NCBI RefSeq assembly: GCF_006345805.1
Contig: NC_042999.1
Coordinates: 154,566,001-154,630,000 of the forward strand
DNA: 64,000 bases
DNA from: Octopus sinensis
Lineage: Eukaryota
Direction of reading: 5' to 3'
Below, piece after piece: positions 25,254 through 38,019 of the stretch. A model generated the notes under the pieces. That model ran no database searches. It was not told the origin of the DNA and saw nothing but the letters and a program-made list of their open reading frames with translations. Within the stretch, counting starts at the first letter, position 1. The number at the start of each line of letters is the position of its first letter. Made by a program: the position numbers and the translations under genes.

Positions 25254-25351
25254 TTATAATAACCCCATGGATTTATATGGATAACACCGTACAAAATTCT
25301 GCTGCTTCTGACTTAAGTACCATATTCATTTGAATCTAAATTTTGGTGAAA

Positions 25352-25393
<42 letters not shown>

Positions 25394-25644
25394 TTAAGGT
25401 GCTAGAAGCAGCACCAGCACGCTAACAAATCAATATATTTTACCTTATGTTATTTTTTTACGCATGCTTGCCATTTGATATTATTGTAAACAGTAATATC
25501 CTTATATATGTATTTTATTTACATATACATATATGTATGTATGTATGTGTGTATGTATGTATGTGTATATGTATGCATATATACATGTATATATGTATAT
25601 ATACATATATATACATATATATATATATACATATGTACACACAC

Positions 25645-25679
<35 letters not shown>

Positions 25680-25743
25680 CATTTGTATGCCACATTTAGG
25701 TGGCAAATATACTTTACGACGTATACATATAAACATATATAAC

Positions 25744-25786
<43 letters not shown>

Positions 25787-25787
<1 letters not shown>

Positions 25788-26110
25788 GGCGACTATAGTA
25801 CCAGTGATTGTAGGATCTCTAGGAATGATAAAAAAAAAGGTACTGAAACCTATTTGAAAATGATTCCAGGCTTACCATCCCTACAGGAAGTGCAAAAAAT
25901 CGTATTAACTGGAATGACTCATGTACTGAGAAGAGCATTATCGCTGTGAAAACAACATCCATCCATGAATTTATTTATTTAGTAATTTTTAAATACATAT
26001 TTTGTCTGTGAATTTGCGTGTGTAATCTGGGAATGCATACATTGAGCTTCTCTGCCCTAGGTGTATGGAAAATACTCGGCGAGAAACGGAAGAAAATTTG
26101 AAGAAAGAAG
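25787..26110 (+). mobile_element. RLE LINE 3' end (family 3) directly after (AAT)n
   Basis: [53 protein letters not shown]. Confidence 0.85.
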
Positions 26111-26826
26111 GAAAAAACATAAAAACAGAATGAGGTTTAAAAAATCCAAGGCTGTGAATTGTTTCCAGAATATTTATAAATGTTCTGAAAACAGCCTTGG
26201 ACTTTTTATCCCAGTCTATTAATTATTATATATATATGCATGCTAATACTCGAACCACGTTGGACTCCTCATTCGTATCATTATCGAACCTGGAGCTTAA
26301 CTATGGTCTGTCTATAGCATTTACTCAGCGTTACCTGATACCTTTGGGTCTTCTTGACACCAATACTTCTCATACCCTATATATATATATATCAATTATA
26401 CTCCATTAGGTCAAGGGTAAAATACTTGAAACTTTGTCTTCTAATGGCTTGAAGGGAGGTTTCAATACGTACATTATAACAAAATTCGTTAACGAAATTC
26501 CGCGAAGTTTTAGGACTACATATCCTACCCCTAATCTATATTTGGTTCCATCTAAAAGCTAAGTGGACTGGATTGTTCAAGCTTAAGTTTTATTAACCGC
26601 AGACGAAGATCTGTGTATGCAATAATGGCCGCATAGTTGATAGGTTCGCTTCAAAATCACATGACTCCAGACCTGACCCCACCGCGTGGCATCTTGAGAC
26701 AGTGTCTTCTACCATTATCTCGTATCAATGAAAGAAACTGGGCGGAAAAGAAACTATGCTGAAGCCTATCGTTTGGATTACACATTTGTCGATGGTAGTG
26801 TTAATTTGTTATCCAGTTTGGTACCA

Positions 26827-26932
26827 TCACGTGACCCTTTTGAGTCTTTAGGGAAATTGCACTCTATCGCCAGCATTCAAACCAAGATGTCCGATCTGAC
26901 GTTGAGATACTATATCTCGTTGCCATGGCAAC
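26827..26932. promoter_or_regulatory. Candidate promoter: E-box TCACGTGA (26827-26834) and perfect RFX X-box GTTGCCATGGCAAC (26919-26932)
   Basis: Exact match to the 14-bp palindromic X-box consensus, in non-repeat sequence. Confidence 0.5.
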
Positions 26933-27699
26933 CCATAAGTCGTGATTTATGCCTTTCCTTCCCCACTTCTATCAGTGTTTCGAGGCCTTGAAAATTTCAC
27001 TGGCGCTGTTTTTTCCTCCTATGACTTCCAGACGATCTATCGACAGGATATAAACCAGCCAATATTTGACTGATAACCAGAGAGCCTAATAATTCTGCAA
27101 TCAACAAAACACGTTTTTTTTTTTTTCTCATACATACCTACCGAAAATAGAACACGTTAAATTTTATGTTATTTCTTTGATGATCGGAAATAGCTGTTAA
27201 TGGTTCTTCATTTTTGTTTATCTTCAACTGGTGAATCTAGCTAAGTTGCAAAAGTATAACAAAACCATGACCGCCATTCGCTAACGTGTATTACTTGGTA
27301 GAAAGTGCCATTCTTTAAGTCCATATTTACCTCCCTTTTAAAGCGGAATTCGAGTTAGCAGAGAATACTGCGTTATTTACCATGGGAGAACCACTCATAT
27401 GGACTGGGGGGGGGGCTAAAAGCACTTGGGTTTATATCGCCAGCGATATAAACACGAGTGCTTCAAGTGGGAAGTAAATATTACCTTTTCGTATTAATAC
27501 TGTTTCTGTCGCTATCAATTATTTACCATTCTTTTGCTTATTGTTTCAGGTGTTCTATATAAACACAAGCAAGAACAGATACCCTAACGGACCTTCCACT
27601 CTTTGACTCAGTGGAGTGTTGAGTAGGGGGCAGCTGGGTGAAGAGAGAAGTCTGCATCGGCTCTTAGGTGGTATCCACTTGCAGTTAAGTAGACTGATG

Positions 27700-28480
27700 T
27701 GCTTTGCTCAGAAACATAACATGTCGCCCGGCCTAGGAATCGATCCCACTACTTTGTGATTTATGAAGTCAGCATCCTAAATAATACAGAATTCATTCTG
27801 TCTTCTTAGATACATAACAAAAAAGAAGGATAAAGCTCCTTCCCGTGTCATTAAAACACACAAGGCCAGTTTCCCAATTTCTGTAGTGTAAATAATTCCC
27901 TTGGATGGGACACCAGTCTGTTGCCGGATCACTTATTTTTGCCAGCTGAGTGAACTGCGACAACGTGAAATGAATGGTTTTGCTCAAGAACAAAACGCAT
28001 TGCCCGGTCCTGAAATTGAGGCCACAATCTTACGATCATGAGCCCTACACGCGAACCACTAAACCATGAGCCTCCACTTAGGCATGGACAAAAATTCATC
28101 GTCCAATATATCATAGATTCGGCTATTTTGTTTCATAATGCAAGTACACATGGGCAGTGTGTAGGCATTAAAAGAAAATGGCACTCCGTTGGTTGCGACG
28201 ACGAGGGTAACTATTGATCCGATCAACCGAACAGTCTACTCGTGAAAATAAAATACAAGGTGGTTGAGCACTCCACAGACACGCGTACCCTTAATGTAGT
28301 TCTCTGGGAGATTCGGTGTGACACAGAATGTGACAAGGCTGGCCTTTTGTAACAACTCATTTTTGGAAGTTGAATGGACAGGAGCAACGGGAAATAAAGT
28401 GTCTGCACCACCATGAATCGAACTCACAACCTTATGATTGTGAGCCAAATACCGTAACCACCACGCCACTCGCCTTCACA
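27700..28480 (-). mobile_element. Degenerate SINE D and SINE C/D copies
   Basis: Reverse complements of the GCTCAAGAACAA/CACTCAGCTG core and the SINE C 3' body. Confidence 0.65.
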
Positions 28481-29041
28481 AACGTTCGAACGTCGGAGGA
28501 AAAGCTTTATAGTATCACGTTACGCCTCAGATATACGTTTCAGGTTCGAATCCCACAGAGGGTAGCTACATTGTTTTATCCATGCTGCGTGGATAAAACT
28601 TAGCGCCTATCAAGCTTTAAGAGTAACGGCCTCATCAACTATTCCCACTTTCACAATACGCAAGTATTTGTTAAAGTTACAAATCAATAACCAATAAGAC
28701 ACACGTAAGTAGATCGAAGAGAATTGACAGATGAGGTTACCAGATAAAGAAGAAAAGAAGGAAGGAAGAAACCCTACGTAGAACTCCTTTGGCGATTCAG
28801 TTTTAATGTCTCTATTACAAACTTCTTCTTCTCGCTCTATTCCAGCTAGAAAAGATCTCCAATTTTATGGCTTTCTTATCTAAAATATTAGAGTCGGATA
28901 TTCCCAAACTGGATATTAATCTCGCTATTATATTTTCTTATTGCTGAAAATATTTTCTGTGATGCCACTAAATCCCATAGATATACACCTATTTATTTGT
29001 GTGTGTATGTGTGTTTATGTATATATACAGATGTCTATCAA

Positions 29042-29103
<62 letters not shown>

Positions 29104-29151
29104 TATACATATATACATATATATATACATATATATATACTTATACATATA

Positions 29152-29215
<64 letters not shown>

Positions 29216-29300
29216 TGTATGTGTGTGTGTGTGTATATATATATACGCGCATGTGCACATACGTAAACAAATGCTTACACATGCACACACGTACAGATGC

Positions 29301-29331
<31 letters not shown>

Positions 29332-30369
29332 CGACTCTGGTATTTTTTCACCATCGATAACTTTTGCTATTATCGGAAAAAAAATCTAAATCGTCAGCAT
29401 CACCACCATCATCATCATCCTCATCATCATCAACATCATTATTATCATGATGTTGTTTTTGTTGTTGTAAATGCATTTTCTTTTTTTTTTTTTGGCACAG
29501 TATGTCATTGAAAATATATTTTATAACGTTTAAATGAAATCTATAAACTCCATGTTTTTATTTTTTTGTGCGTGTGTGTGCTGTGTTACATTTGTGGTCA
29601 TAAACAAACTTATAAATAGAGACTATGGATCAAATGTAGAGAGAAAAACCACAGCAGTAAATGACTCTCTACCTAGAGATACACGATTTGTAGAATGTAT
29701 GTTTGCATTGTATTTAATTGTTTTCTAACATTTATTAGCAGACATTTACCGCATGTGTAAAAGCGCGTAGCCTAGTGATAAGGGGTGCTGGAAGATCATG
29801 ATTTCGGGTTTCTGAAGCAAGCAATGGGTTGTGCTCTTGAGCAAAAAACTTCATTTCATGTTGCTTAAGTTCACTCAGCTGCAAGGGAATAAACCTGCGA
29901 AGGACTGATGCCCCGTTCAGCGGGGAGTGTTGTGATCTTTGTTATTTATACGCCAGAGAAATCTAGTAACTATCCGTATGAGCCCCAGGACTCGAGGCAG
30001 TAATGTCCAGGGAACTTTACTTTCAATATTTACACTGTGACCCTAGCCACTTGCGCATACTCACATACTCATGCAGAGACACACTTTAAAGATGTCAGCC
30101 GTTCGTCGAATGAGGTTTACTCGAATGACAAACTTTATATTTCTTATACGCTTAACTCTGATTACATTCCATATAAAGTGACACTCAGCATGCAAGGATA
30201 CTGGTGATGGTTGGTCACAGCTGGTCAACAGGAGAATTGGATCAGTTAATATTCTTAGTGAAATGAAGGGGGATGACGTTTCGGTTGGAAACCCTTTATC
30301 TGATCGTAAGCAAGACATGTATATTAAACAATGAGAAAGAGTTACAAAATTCTTAATTTTTTTGGCAAA

Positions 30370-30600
30370 TCAATTGATCAGTGTCCTAAGAATGGCTGAA
30401 GGAGATTGAAATAGAATGCCCAGAAGAGCTCCTTTAGAAAGTTTGTCTCTTAGGGACAGCAAGGATTTATCAGGAGGGTTCTAAGCACTTGAAAGACTAC
30501 TAAAAACTTATGGATACCTATGGTTATAGGTAGTAACCTGCTACCCACATAAACCCTACCAGGAATAAGACCGAACCTGAGCCAAACCAAAATAAAAATT
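30370..30600 (+). mobile_element. RLE LINE 3' end (family 1)
   Basis: Matches 5525-5720 (EWLKEIEIECPEELL...LGTAR). Confidence 0.8.
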
Positions 30601-30973
30601 AATAATTTTCTTTCTATCATAGGCACAAGGCCTGAAATCGACTGGTCCCAGTGGGATTTAAAATGAGAACATAATAAGCACCACAAGGTATTTTTTAATG
30701 GTAAGAGATGGGATCAGTCGGATGCATCGACCCCGTATTTGACTGATACAGTATTTGATTAACCGTGTCCGGAAAATTCGTCGTAAGAAATTTCGCCGTA
30801 TAGGAATATTCTCCGTATGGACAATAATAAAGCGAATTATATCAGTTTTAAAATAAAGTTTTTAAAATAAAGAGAAAAGAGTGATGAAAAGTCCATTATT
30901 TACATTATTTACATTTGACGGATGTTTGTCTTCATCTTGTTTGAGGATATTTGTCCTCATCTTGTTTGTTATT

Positions 30974-31019
30974 AACACAACGTTTCGGTTGATATACCCT
31001 CCAGCCTTCATCAGGTGTC
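30974..31019 (-). ncRNA. Minimal type I hammerhead motif (Penelope-type)
   Basis: GACAC-CTGATGA-A-GGCTG-GAGGGTATAT-CAACC-GAAACGTT-GTGTT; core intact, one stem II mismatch. Confidence 0.65.
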
Positions 31020-31289
31020 TTGGGAACATTTTGAACATGGGTTCTCATTCCTAAGGTATTTTTCGACCACCTCCCCCTGTGGGATGAAGTTAAAATAATA
31101 GACAGAGAACACCACTGGAAAATATGAAAACTAAAACAAGCAGCACATCTGCTAGGACACACAACCTCCTGAGCAGACCGAGTGCAGATATGAATAGCGT
31201 ATGGGAACCGGTATTAAGGAAGGATAGAAAAATATTAGATTTATAAGCCCTAAAATTCACTCCATAATTGTCCACGAGCATATGTTAGT

Positions 31290-32030
31290 TAGTTAGTTAG
31301 TTAGTTAGTTAATTTGGCTCAAAAGCAAATAGCAAGGCCATGTAGGGGGACATGGAGTTAAGTACAGGGTGGTGTTCATGTAAAGAGTTCAGGCCACTTG
31401 AGGTCCAGGGAGGCTTTGAACAAAGCGGTCGTCGGCATCTTCACCATCTCATCTGGCAGCTTGTTCCACGGATCCGCAACCCGGACGGAGAAAGCTCCTC
31501 TCCTTCGATTGAGATGAAATCGTCGCAGGTAAAGCTTTTCGGAATGACCCCGCAGCCGACGCTCCGGAGCAGGAGTGAAGAACAGCTCTTTCGAGAGGTT
31601 ACACTTCCCGCTTATGATGTTGTGGGCGAGAATGAGATCACCACGGCGGCGGCGTTTTTCAAGAGAATAAAGGTCGAGCGTCCTCAGCCTTTCTTCGTAG
31701 GACAAATTTTTGAGACCATGAACCAGGCGGGTAGCCAGCCTCTGGACTCTTTCGAGGTGCTGTATGTCTTTGAGGAGATAAGGAGAAGAGGCTTGAATCC
31801 CATACTCCAATATGGGTCTCACCAGCGTGACATAGAGTGGCAGGAATATGGCTGCTGTGAGCACTCCGAATGACCGTCGAATCAAAAACAGAATTCCGCG
31901 CGCTTTGTTGGCAGCATGGACGCACTGGGCCGAAGGCGAAAAGGAGGAATCCACCAAGATACCCAGGTCCTTTACCTGATCGGTCCTCTCCAGCAGCAGA
32001 CGACCCGGCTCGAAATCAAGTTGAGATGAC
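31290..32030 (-). mobile_element. CR1-clade LINE 3' fragment; reading frame open for over 200 codons
   Basis: ORF 31376-32095 QVKDLGILVDSSF...RPILEYGIQASSPY...WNKLP; (TAAC)n tail; same family as 7364-8078. Confidence 0.9.
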
Positions 32031-32176
32031 AGCACTTTGACACGTTCAGACACACATATGGCATAGAGGTTAAGAGCGCGGGCTACTAACACCAAGATTC
32101 CGAGTTCGATAACCTGAATAATAATAACATCGAAAAATACCTTAGGAATGAGAACTCAGGTTCGAAATTTCCCCAA

Positions 32177-32222
32177 GACATCTGATGAAGGCTGGAGGGT
32201 ATATCAGCCAAAACGTTGTGTT
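32177..32222 (+). ncRNA. Hammerhead motif with G12-to-A change, probably inactive
   Basis: GACAT-CTGATGA-A-GGCTG-GAGGGTATAT-CAGCC-AAAACGTT-GTGTT. Confidence 0.55.
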
Positions 32223-32519
32223 AACAACAAACAAAATGAGGACAAATATCCGTCAAATGTAAAAAATGCACATAATTCCTCATCTCTTAAATATAGAACT
32301 GTGTGACGAAAGGTTTTATATAAGCATTAGATATGTAAGTCTCTATTCAACGTCAAACATTTATCAAACGTGATGAGGTCATTTAAAACGAAATTTCAAT
32401 AACCGATATTGATAACTAAAAGACAGTAGCAGTGTCAACCATGGTGAGATTTGAACTTAAATACGGCAAAATATTCCCCACCATCCATCGACACTCTAAT
32501 GATTCTGTTGATATTCTAA

Positions 32520-32740
32520 TGATTCTAATGATATTGTTGTGGTTGAGAAAATAGAAATGTTGCATTATCGATATAGCCATTTCAAATGATTGTAATAAAG
32601 TTATCAAGAGGAACAAAAAAACAAAGTAAAATTGTGCCAATGGTGATTGATGCTCTTGGCTAAATTCCTAACAAGTTAACAATATGGGTTAAGGAACTAA
32701 ATATAACACGGAACCTTGTGGCTTACAGAAATCAACGCAA
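32520..32740 (+). mobile_element. Decayed RLE LINE fragment
   Basis: KCCIIDIAISNDC...KVKIVPMVIDALG; ends at (GAA)n. Confidence 0.6.
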
Positions 32741-33020
32741 GAAGAAGAAGAAGAAGAATGGCGCCAAGCAGGAAGTATTGTAAACAAAAACCAGATGTCG
32801 TATATTCCGATCAAAAATTCTTGAGGGATAGATTCTCTAAATCAAAGTGATATAAAATTCTGAATATAAAATTTAAACCACAGAATTGGCGCTAATAATC
32901 GATTGATTGATTTGTTATTGTCCTTCGCCACAAAAATGAAGTATTTTCAATGATTTCTCACGTGACTGGTATTTACGTTTTATGACCGGTGTTTATACGT
33001 ATTGATATATATGTGTGAGT

Positions 33021-33630
33021 AAGGCGGCGAGCTGGCAGAAACGGTAGCACGCCGGGCGAAATACTTAGCGGTATTTCGGCTATCTTTACGTTCTGAGTTC
33101 AAATTCCACCGAGGTCGACTTTGTCTTTTATCCTTTCGGGGTCGATAAATTAAGTACCAGTTACGCACTGGGTCGATGTAATCGACTTAATACCTATGTC
33201 TGTCTTTGTTTGTCCCCTCTGTGTTTAGCCCCTTGTGGGTAATAAAGAAATAGGTATTTCGGCTATCTTTACGTTCTGAGTACAAATTCCACCGAGGTCG
33301 ACTTTGTCTTTTATCCTTTCGGGGTCGATAAATTAAGTACCAGTTGCTTACTGGGGCCGATCTAATCGACTGGCTCCCCTCGCCAAAAATTTCGGGCCTT
33401 ATGCCTAGAGTAGAAAAGGATATATATATACATATATATATATGTGTGTGTTTGTGAGTTTCGCCCGTCGCTACGTTGAGTTCAAATTCCGCCGGGGGCC
33501 GACTTTGCCTTTTATCCTTTCAGGGTCGATAAATTAAGTACCAGTTACGCACCAGTGCGTAACTGGTACTTAATCGACTGTTCCCCTCCCCACCAAAATT
33601 TCAGGCTTTGTGTCTATTGTAGAAAGGATA
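33021..33630 (+). mobile_element. SINE B dimer (33021-33420) plus a further copy (33460-33630)
   Basis: Junction AAAGAAATA|GGTATTTC at 33252/33253. Confidence 0.85.
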
Positions 33631-34104
33631 TATATGTGTGAGTATGTCCTTGTTTTCGTGTTGTTTAACTATTATGTGAATGTCTACGAGCTCTGTTGAG
33701 GTGGGGTGGGGAAAAGGTGGTAGTGGTTGTCGTTGAGGTGGTGGTTGTGGTGGCGGTACTGAGGTTATGTCTGTGTGCATTTGTGTGTATATGCGTGTGT
33801 GTGTGTGCGCGCGTGTGTGTGTCTGTGTGTGCCTGTGTCTGTGTGTGTGTAACTGAGATGCGTGACCTAATGGTGCACTCATCATTGTAAAATCGTAGTA
33901 TGGATTCCGTAGTATGTACTTCGCCTGGTTATCATCTTGATTATGTAGTTAAAACTACATAATCAAGATAGATTCTCATCTTCTATAATTTGGTATTCTG
34001 ACTTTTGCCTTAAGTAAAGAACTGCATAATTATTTTAACGCATCTTATGAAGGCAGTATCTGTGTTAGTAATCGTCAAATTGGTTTCTAATAATTTTATT
34101 AATT

Positions 34105-34500
34105 TTGATGAAAAAGATTTTGAACGTTTGTTGTCGCACACAGCACTCCGATAATTTCAAAGGGAATCTGCTTGAAAGTTTCTATTCCGTTTTTAAAACA
34201 GTTGTTGAATTTTCGCAAAACTCTAATTCTGTTCTTTATCACAAAGTTCAGTGAAGTTAATTTCCGACTGCAAGGTAAAGAGATTAAACCTTATATAAGG
34301 AAAATTAATTCTCTCCTCGTTTCTATTCAAGTTAAAGTTATTCAAATGTAAAATTAAGCTGCAGTTAGTTTTTCCTGTCTCCGAGCCTTTCTGAATTGAA
34401 GAAAGAAAAGCGTATACCAGAAGATGACATTCAACAGTATTTTTCACATCTGGATGAGCTGCACAGAACCATGTCTGATAGCTTTCAAGGTATTAGTTTT
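34105..34500 (+). pseudogene. hAT (Charlie/ZBED-like) transposase relic
   Basis: Frameshifted DEKDFERLLSHTALR / KGNLLESFYSVFKTVVEF / VNFRLQGKEI / FLFKLKLFK / QYFSHLDELH, resembling the LLLHTEVRWLSKG region. Confidence 0.65.
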
Positions 34501-35335
34501 TGCTTAAAATATCAGAGTGGGTGATCCTAAGATATTAGTAATGAGGACACAAGAGAAGTGGAGGAAGAACTGGTTTTCTCTTTGAAATGTCATTGAGCTG
34601 AGCCAAATGTCAAAAGATAGTGTCAGGATTTCTTTCTGTTATAGGTACAAAACCTAAAATTTAATGGGAGCGTGATAGTCGACTACATAAACCCCAACAT
34701 TTTGCTACTACTCTGTTTTACCGACCCCGAAGGAAAAGCCGACCTCAAGAATTGAACTCAAAGCGTAAGTCCGAAAAAATGACGCTAAGTGTTTTGTCTG
34801 GCGTTCACGCGATTCTACTATAGGCAAAACGCCTGAAATTTGGGAGAGGGGATTAGTCGATTATATCCACCCCCAGTACTTAACAGATACTTATTTCATC
34901 GACCCCGAGAGAAAAAAAGTCAAAGTCGACCGCGGTGGAATTTGAACTCAGAACGTAATGATATACGACATGCCACAAAACGTTTTGCCTGGCATACTCA
35001 CGATTCTGCCAAATCACTTCTTCCGATTCTCTAGCAATAATAGCAATTACACAACAGCCTTAATCCTGGGAGATTATTTTTATTCATATAAAAATGTATT
35101 GAAAATCATTCAATGTAAATAGAATGAATCATAATCGATTGAACTCCAACTGTGTGAAGTAGCAAAACTCTTGTCGTTTAACATAACATCTAAAACAAAT
35201 ATTGGCCACGATATCTGATCAGATCAATAAGAAAGTATTATACTTGTACAGCATTGATTGAACTAAATGCAACTTGAATACTAATGTTTCTGAGCTGCAG
35301 TTTTCTGTCTCTTATTATTATTTTTTTTTCGAACA

Positions 35336-35732
35336 GGCGCTGGCTTGACTGTGTAATAAGAAGCTTGCTTCCTGCGTACATACTTCTGAGTTCAGTCCCA
35401 TAGCGTGACACCTTGGGCGAGTGTCTTCTACTATAGCATCAGGCCGACCAGAGCCTTGTGAATGAATTTGATTGACGGAAACTGAAAAAGCCCAACTAGG
35501 GACAGCTGATGAAGGGGATTTTTCCTTGTGTAGTTTGTCTTGTACTCTGTTTTTCGTTGTAAAAAAATGGTCTGTTCCATGCTTGTTTTTCCGTTTTCGT
35601 TTCTCGTTGAGTTCTACGTCTATTTGTGGTGTCCTGTACTCACGTATATATATTTATATATGCATGTATATATACATGTAGATGTAGGTACGTACATATA
35701 TGTATGTATGTATGCATATATTTTATTTATTA

Positions 35733-35796
<64 letters not shown>

Positions 35797-36025
35797 GTAT
35801 ATATACATATATATGTGTGTGTGTGTGTATGTGTGTATCCGTCTTTTGTCAACGTTAGTTCCCCCAGCACTTGACAACCGGTGTTGGTATGTTTACCTCT
35901 CCATAACTTAGCTGTTCGGCAAAGGATACTGACAGAATAAATATCAAGCTTAAAAGAATATAAAAACTTGAATCGATTAATTTGACTAAACATTTCTCAA
36001 GGTAGTGCTCCAGCATGGTCGCAAT
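35336..36025 (+). mobile_element. Degenerate SINE A with an internal insertion
   Basis: Head at 35336; 3' half resumes at ~35830 after unrelated sequence and (TA)n. Confidence 0.65.
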
Positions 36026-36042
36026 CTTATGTATGTGTGTGT

Positions 36043-36141
<99 letters not shown>

Positions 36142-36528
36142 CCTTCAAGCTGCAGCTCAATATTTTCTCCGGCTTGAAAGACTCTAATTTTCTTTTTAAG
36201 TCGTTAATCTTCTTTATTCTTTGCCCGATAAATCCGCCATATTAAACTGTCGTTGTTCAGCTTATCTCACCCATTAACCAATATGAATCTATATATTTCT
36301 CACAAGTGCTTTTCTTCCAGGGTTGTGTGCAAAATATGGTTTCATATATATATATATATATATATATACAATGGTTGCTTGTATTTCTGAAATAATAACT
36401 AGGATTTCGGTTCTTACACTGGCACAGAATAAAATCTTAGGAGATGAAGATGGAAGAGTATAGTCGCTGCTAACCAGCCCCAATACTTAAGTGGTCTTTA
36501 TTATATAGTTATTTGAGCCCAGTAAGTA

Positions 36529-36770
36529 AAGAAGAAGAAGAAGAAGAAGAAGAAGAAGAAGAAGAAGAAGAAGAAGAAGAAGAAGAAGAAGAAGAAGAAG
36601 AAGAAGAAGAAGAAGAAGAAGAAGAAGAAGAAGACAATTCCTATCATAGTGGGAGTATTATATATGATAAAAAAATATTCAGACAAATACATAAACACAC
36701 CAGGACTTACGAGTATATATATATAACATACAGAAAATAGCACTACTAGACACCGCTCACGTCCTACATA
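36529..36770 (+). mobile_element. (GAA)n array (36529-36634) followed by RLE LINE family 2 3' fragment
   Basis: ACAATTCCTATCATAGT...CAGAAAATAGCACTACTAG matches 5900-6030. Confidence 0.8.
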
Positions 36771-37141
36771 TATACGACGGGCTTCTTTCGGTTTCCGTCT
36801 ACCAAATCCACTCACAAGGCTTCGGTCGGCCCGAAGCTATAGTAGAAGACACTTGCTCAAGGTGCCACGCAGTGGGAATGAACCCGGAACCATGTGGTTG
36901 GTATGCAAACTATTTACCACACAGCCACTCCTGCCCCTATAATAATTTTTTAACAATAGAATCTTACATGGACTCTCAAGGGCCATATAGATCCCCGAGA
37001 GGCCATGCGAACCCCGGTTGAGAACCGCTACTTTACATATTAGCTTATCACAACCGCATATGCGTGATTGTTATTGATACAGCATGGCACCGACTGTTAT
37101 TTAAAACAGTCAAGTTTTTAACGTCTGTTGCCATTGAAGTA

Positions 37142-37661
37142 CAGTAAATCCTCGAGTATAATCCGCATTTTCACCCCAAAATTTAACGGTCAAAATCCCT
37201 AGTGCGTACTATATACGAGGTTAAAAATGAAAATTATTTTCTAAGCAATGTCCGAGTGTCTCTTTGCTGTCCTGCAATGTTTATTCAGACGCATTTTGTG
37301 ATGTCGGGCGTGAAAATACCTTAAGCTAAGCCTGAAAGCAATGAAGTCTTTAAAGAATCATCCATAACTTGCAGTAAGTAACATTTATTAAACGTTATTA
37401 CTGCTATTACTGTTATTTTTTATTTTCTGCAAACAAAATGCGCAAAAAAGCTACACGTTTGCATTATGTTATATATACAATAATAATAAAGGACGTTACC
37501 GTATACAGTTTTACAAACCAAGGACGTTATATAGACCTCCTTGACTCAAGTTAGAGAAGGGGTGCGTATTATACACAAGGTTTAGGTTTTTCAGAGGTAC
37601 AGCCCCCTAAAAATACCCTGCGTATTATACTCAAGGGCGGACTATACTCGAGGATTTACGG
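37142..37661. mobile_element. Tc1/pogo-type MITE, 520 bp
   Basis: TA TSD; 25-bp TIRs CAGTAAATCCTCGAGTATAATCCGC / GCGGACTATACTCGAGGATTTACGG. Confidence 0.9.
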
Positions 37662-38019
37662 TAAATATTGTTCCCCACTGAAAATAGATCTTCCTTGTTT
37701 GTATCTTCAATACAAACCTCTTGCTTATTTCTCTACCTGAAAGTCTATTTTAGATATGGATATAGAGGTGGTTGCTCAGAACAAGGAAATAATTGCGGTT
37801 AACGGAGAAACTCGGCAATATAATTACTGATAATGTTCAAGTGTTACCTTGTAATTTAATTGGAAGAGAAGATGTAATTATATTAATTAAATCATCTAAT
37901 GAAAACATATACAGTGTCTAATAAACTTACAGAAAGTGAAATGAAAAGTTTTAATTATATCACCAAGCTCAGTTGGCGCGACGGGTACGATAGCATGCAA
38001 TATTTATCTACTAGTAAGG

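Larger units (their letters stand above)
30900..32275 (+). mobile_element. 5'-truncated Penelope-like element: inverted terminal repeat (30900-31066), GIY-YIG C-terminal remnant (31067-31250), direct terminal repeat (32130-32275)
   Basis: DHLPLWDEVKIIDREHHWKI*KLKQAAHLLGH...MNSVWEPVLRK; the two repeats are reverse complements and each carries a hammerhead motif. Confidence 0.75.

Noticed and set aside
31285-31312. (GTTA)n as a telomeric repeat
   Set aside because: It is the 3' tail of the CR1 copy; a similar AACT tail ends the copy at 8078
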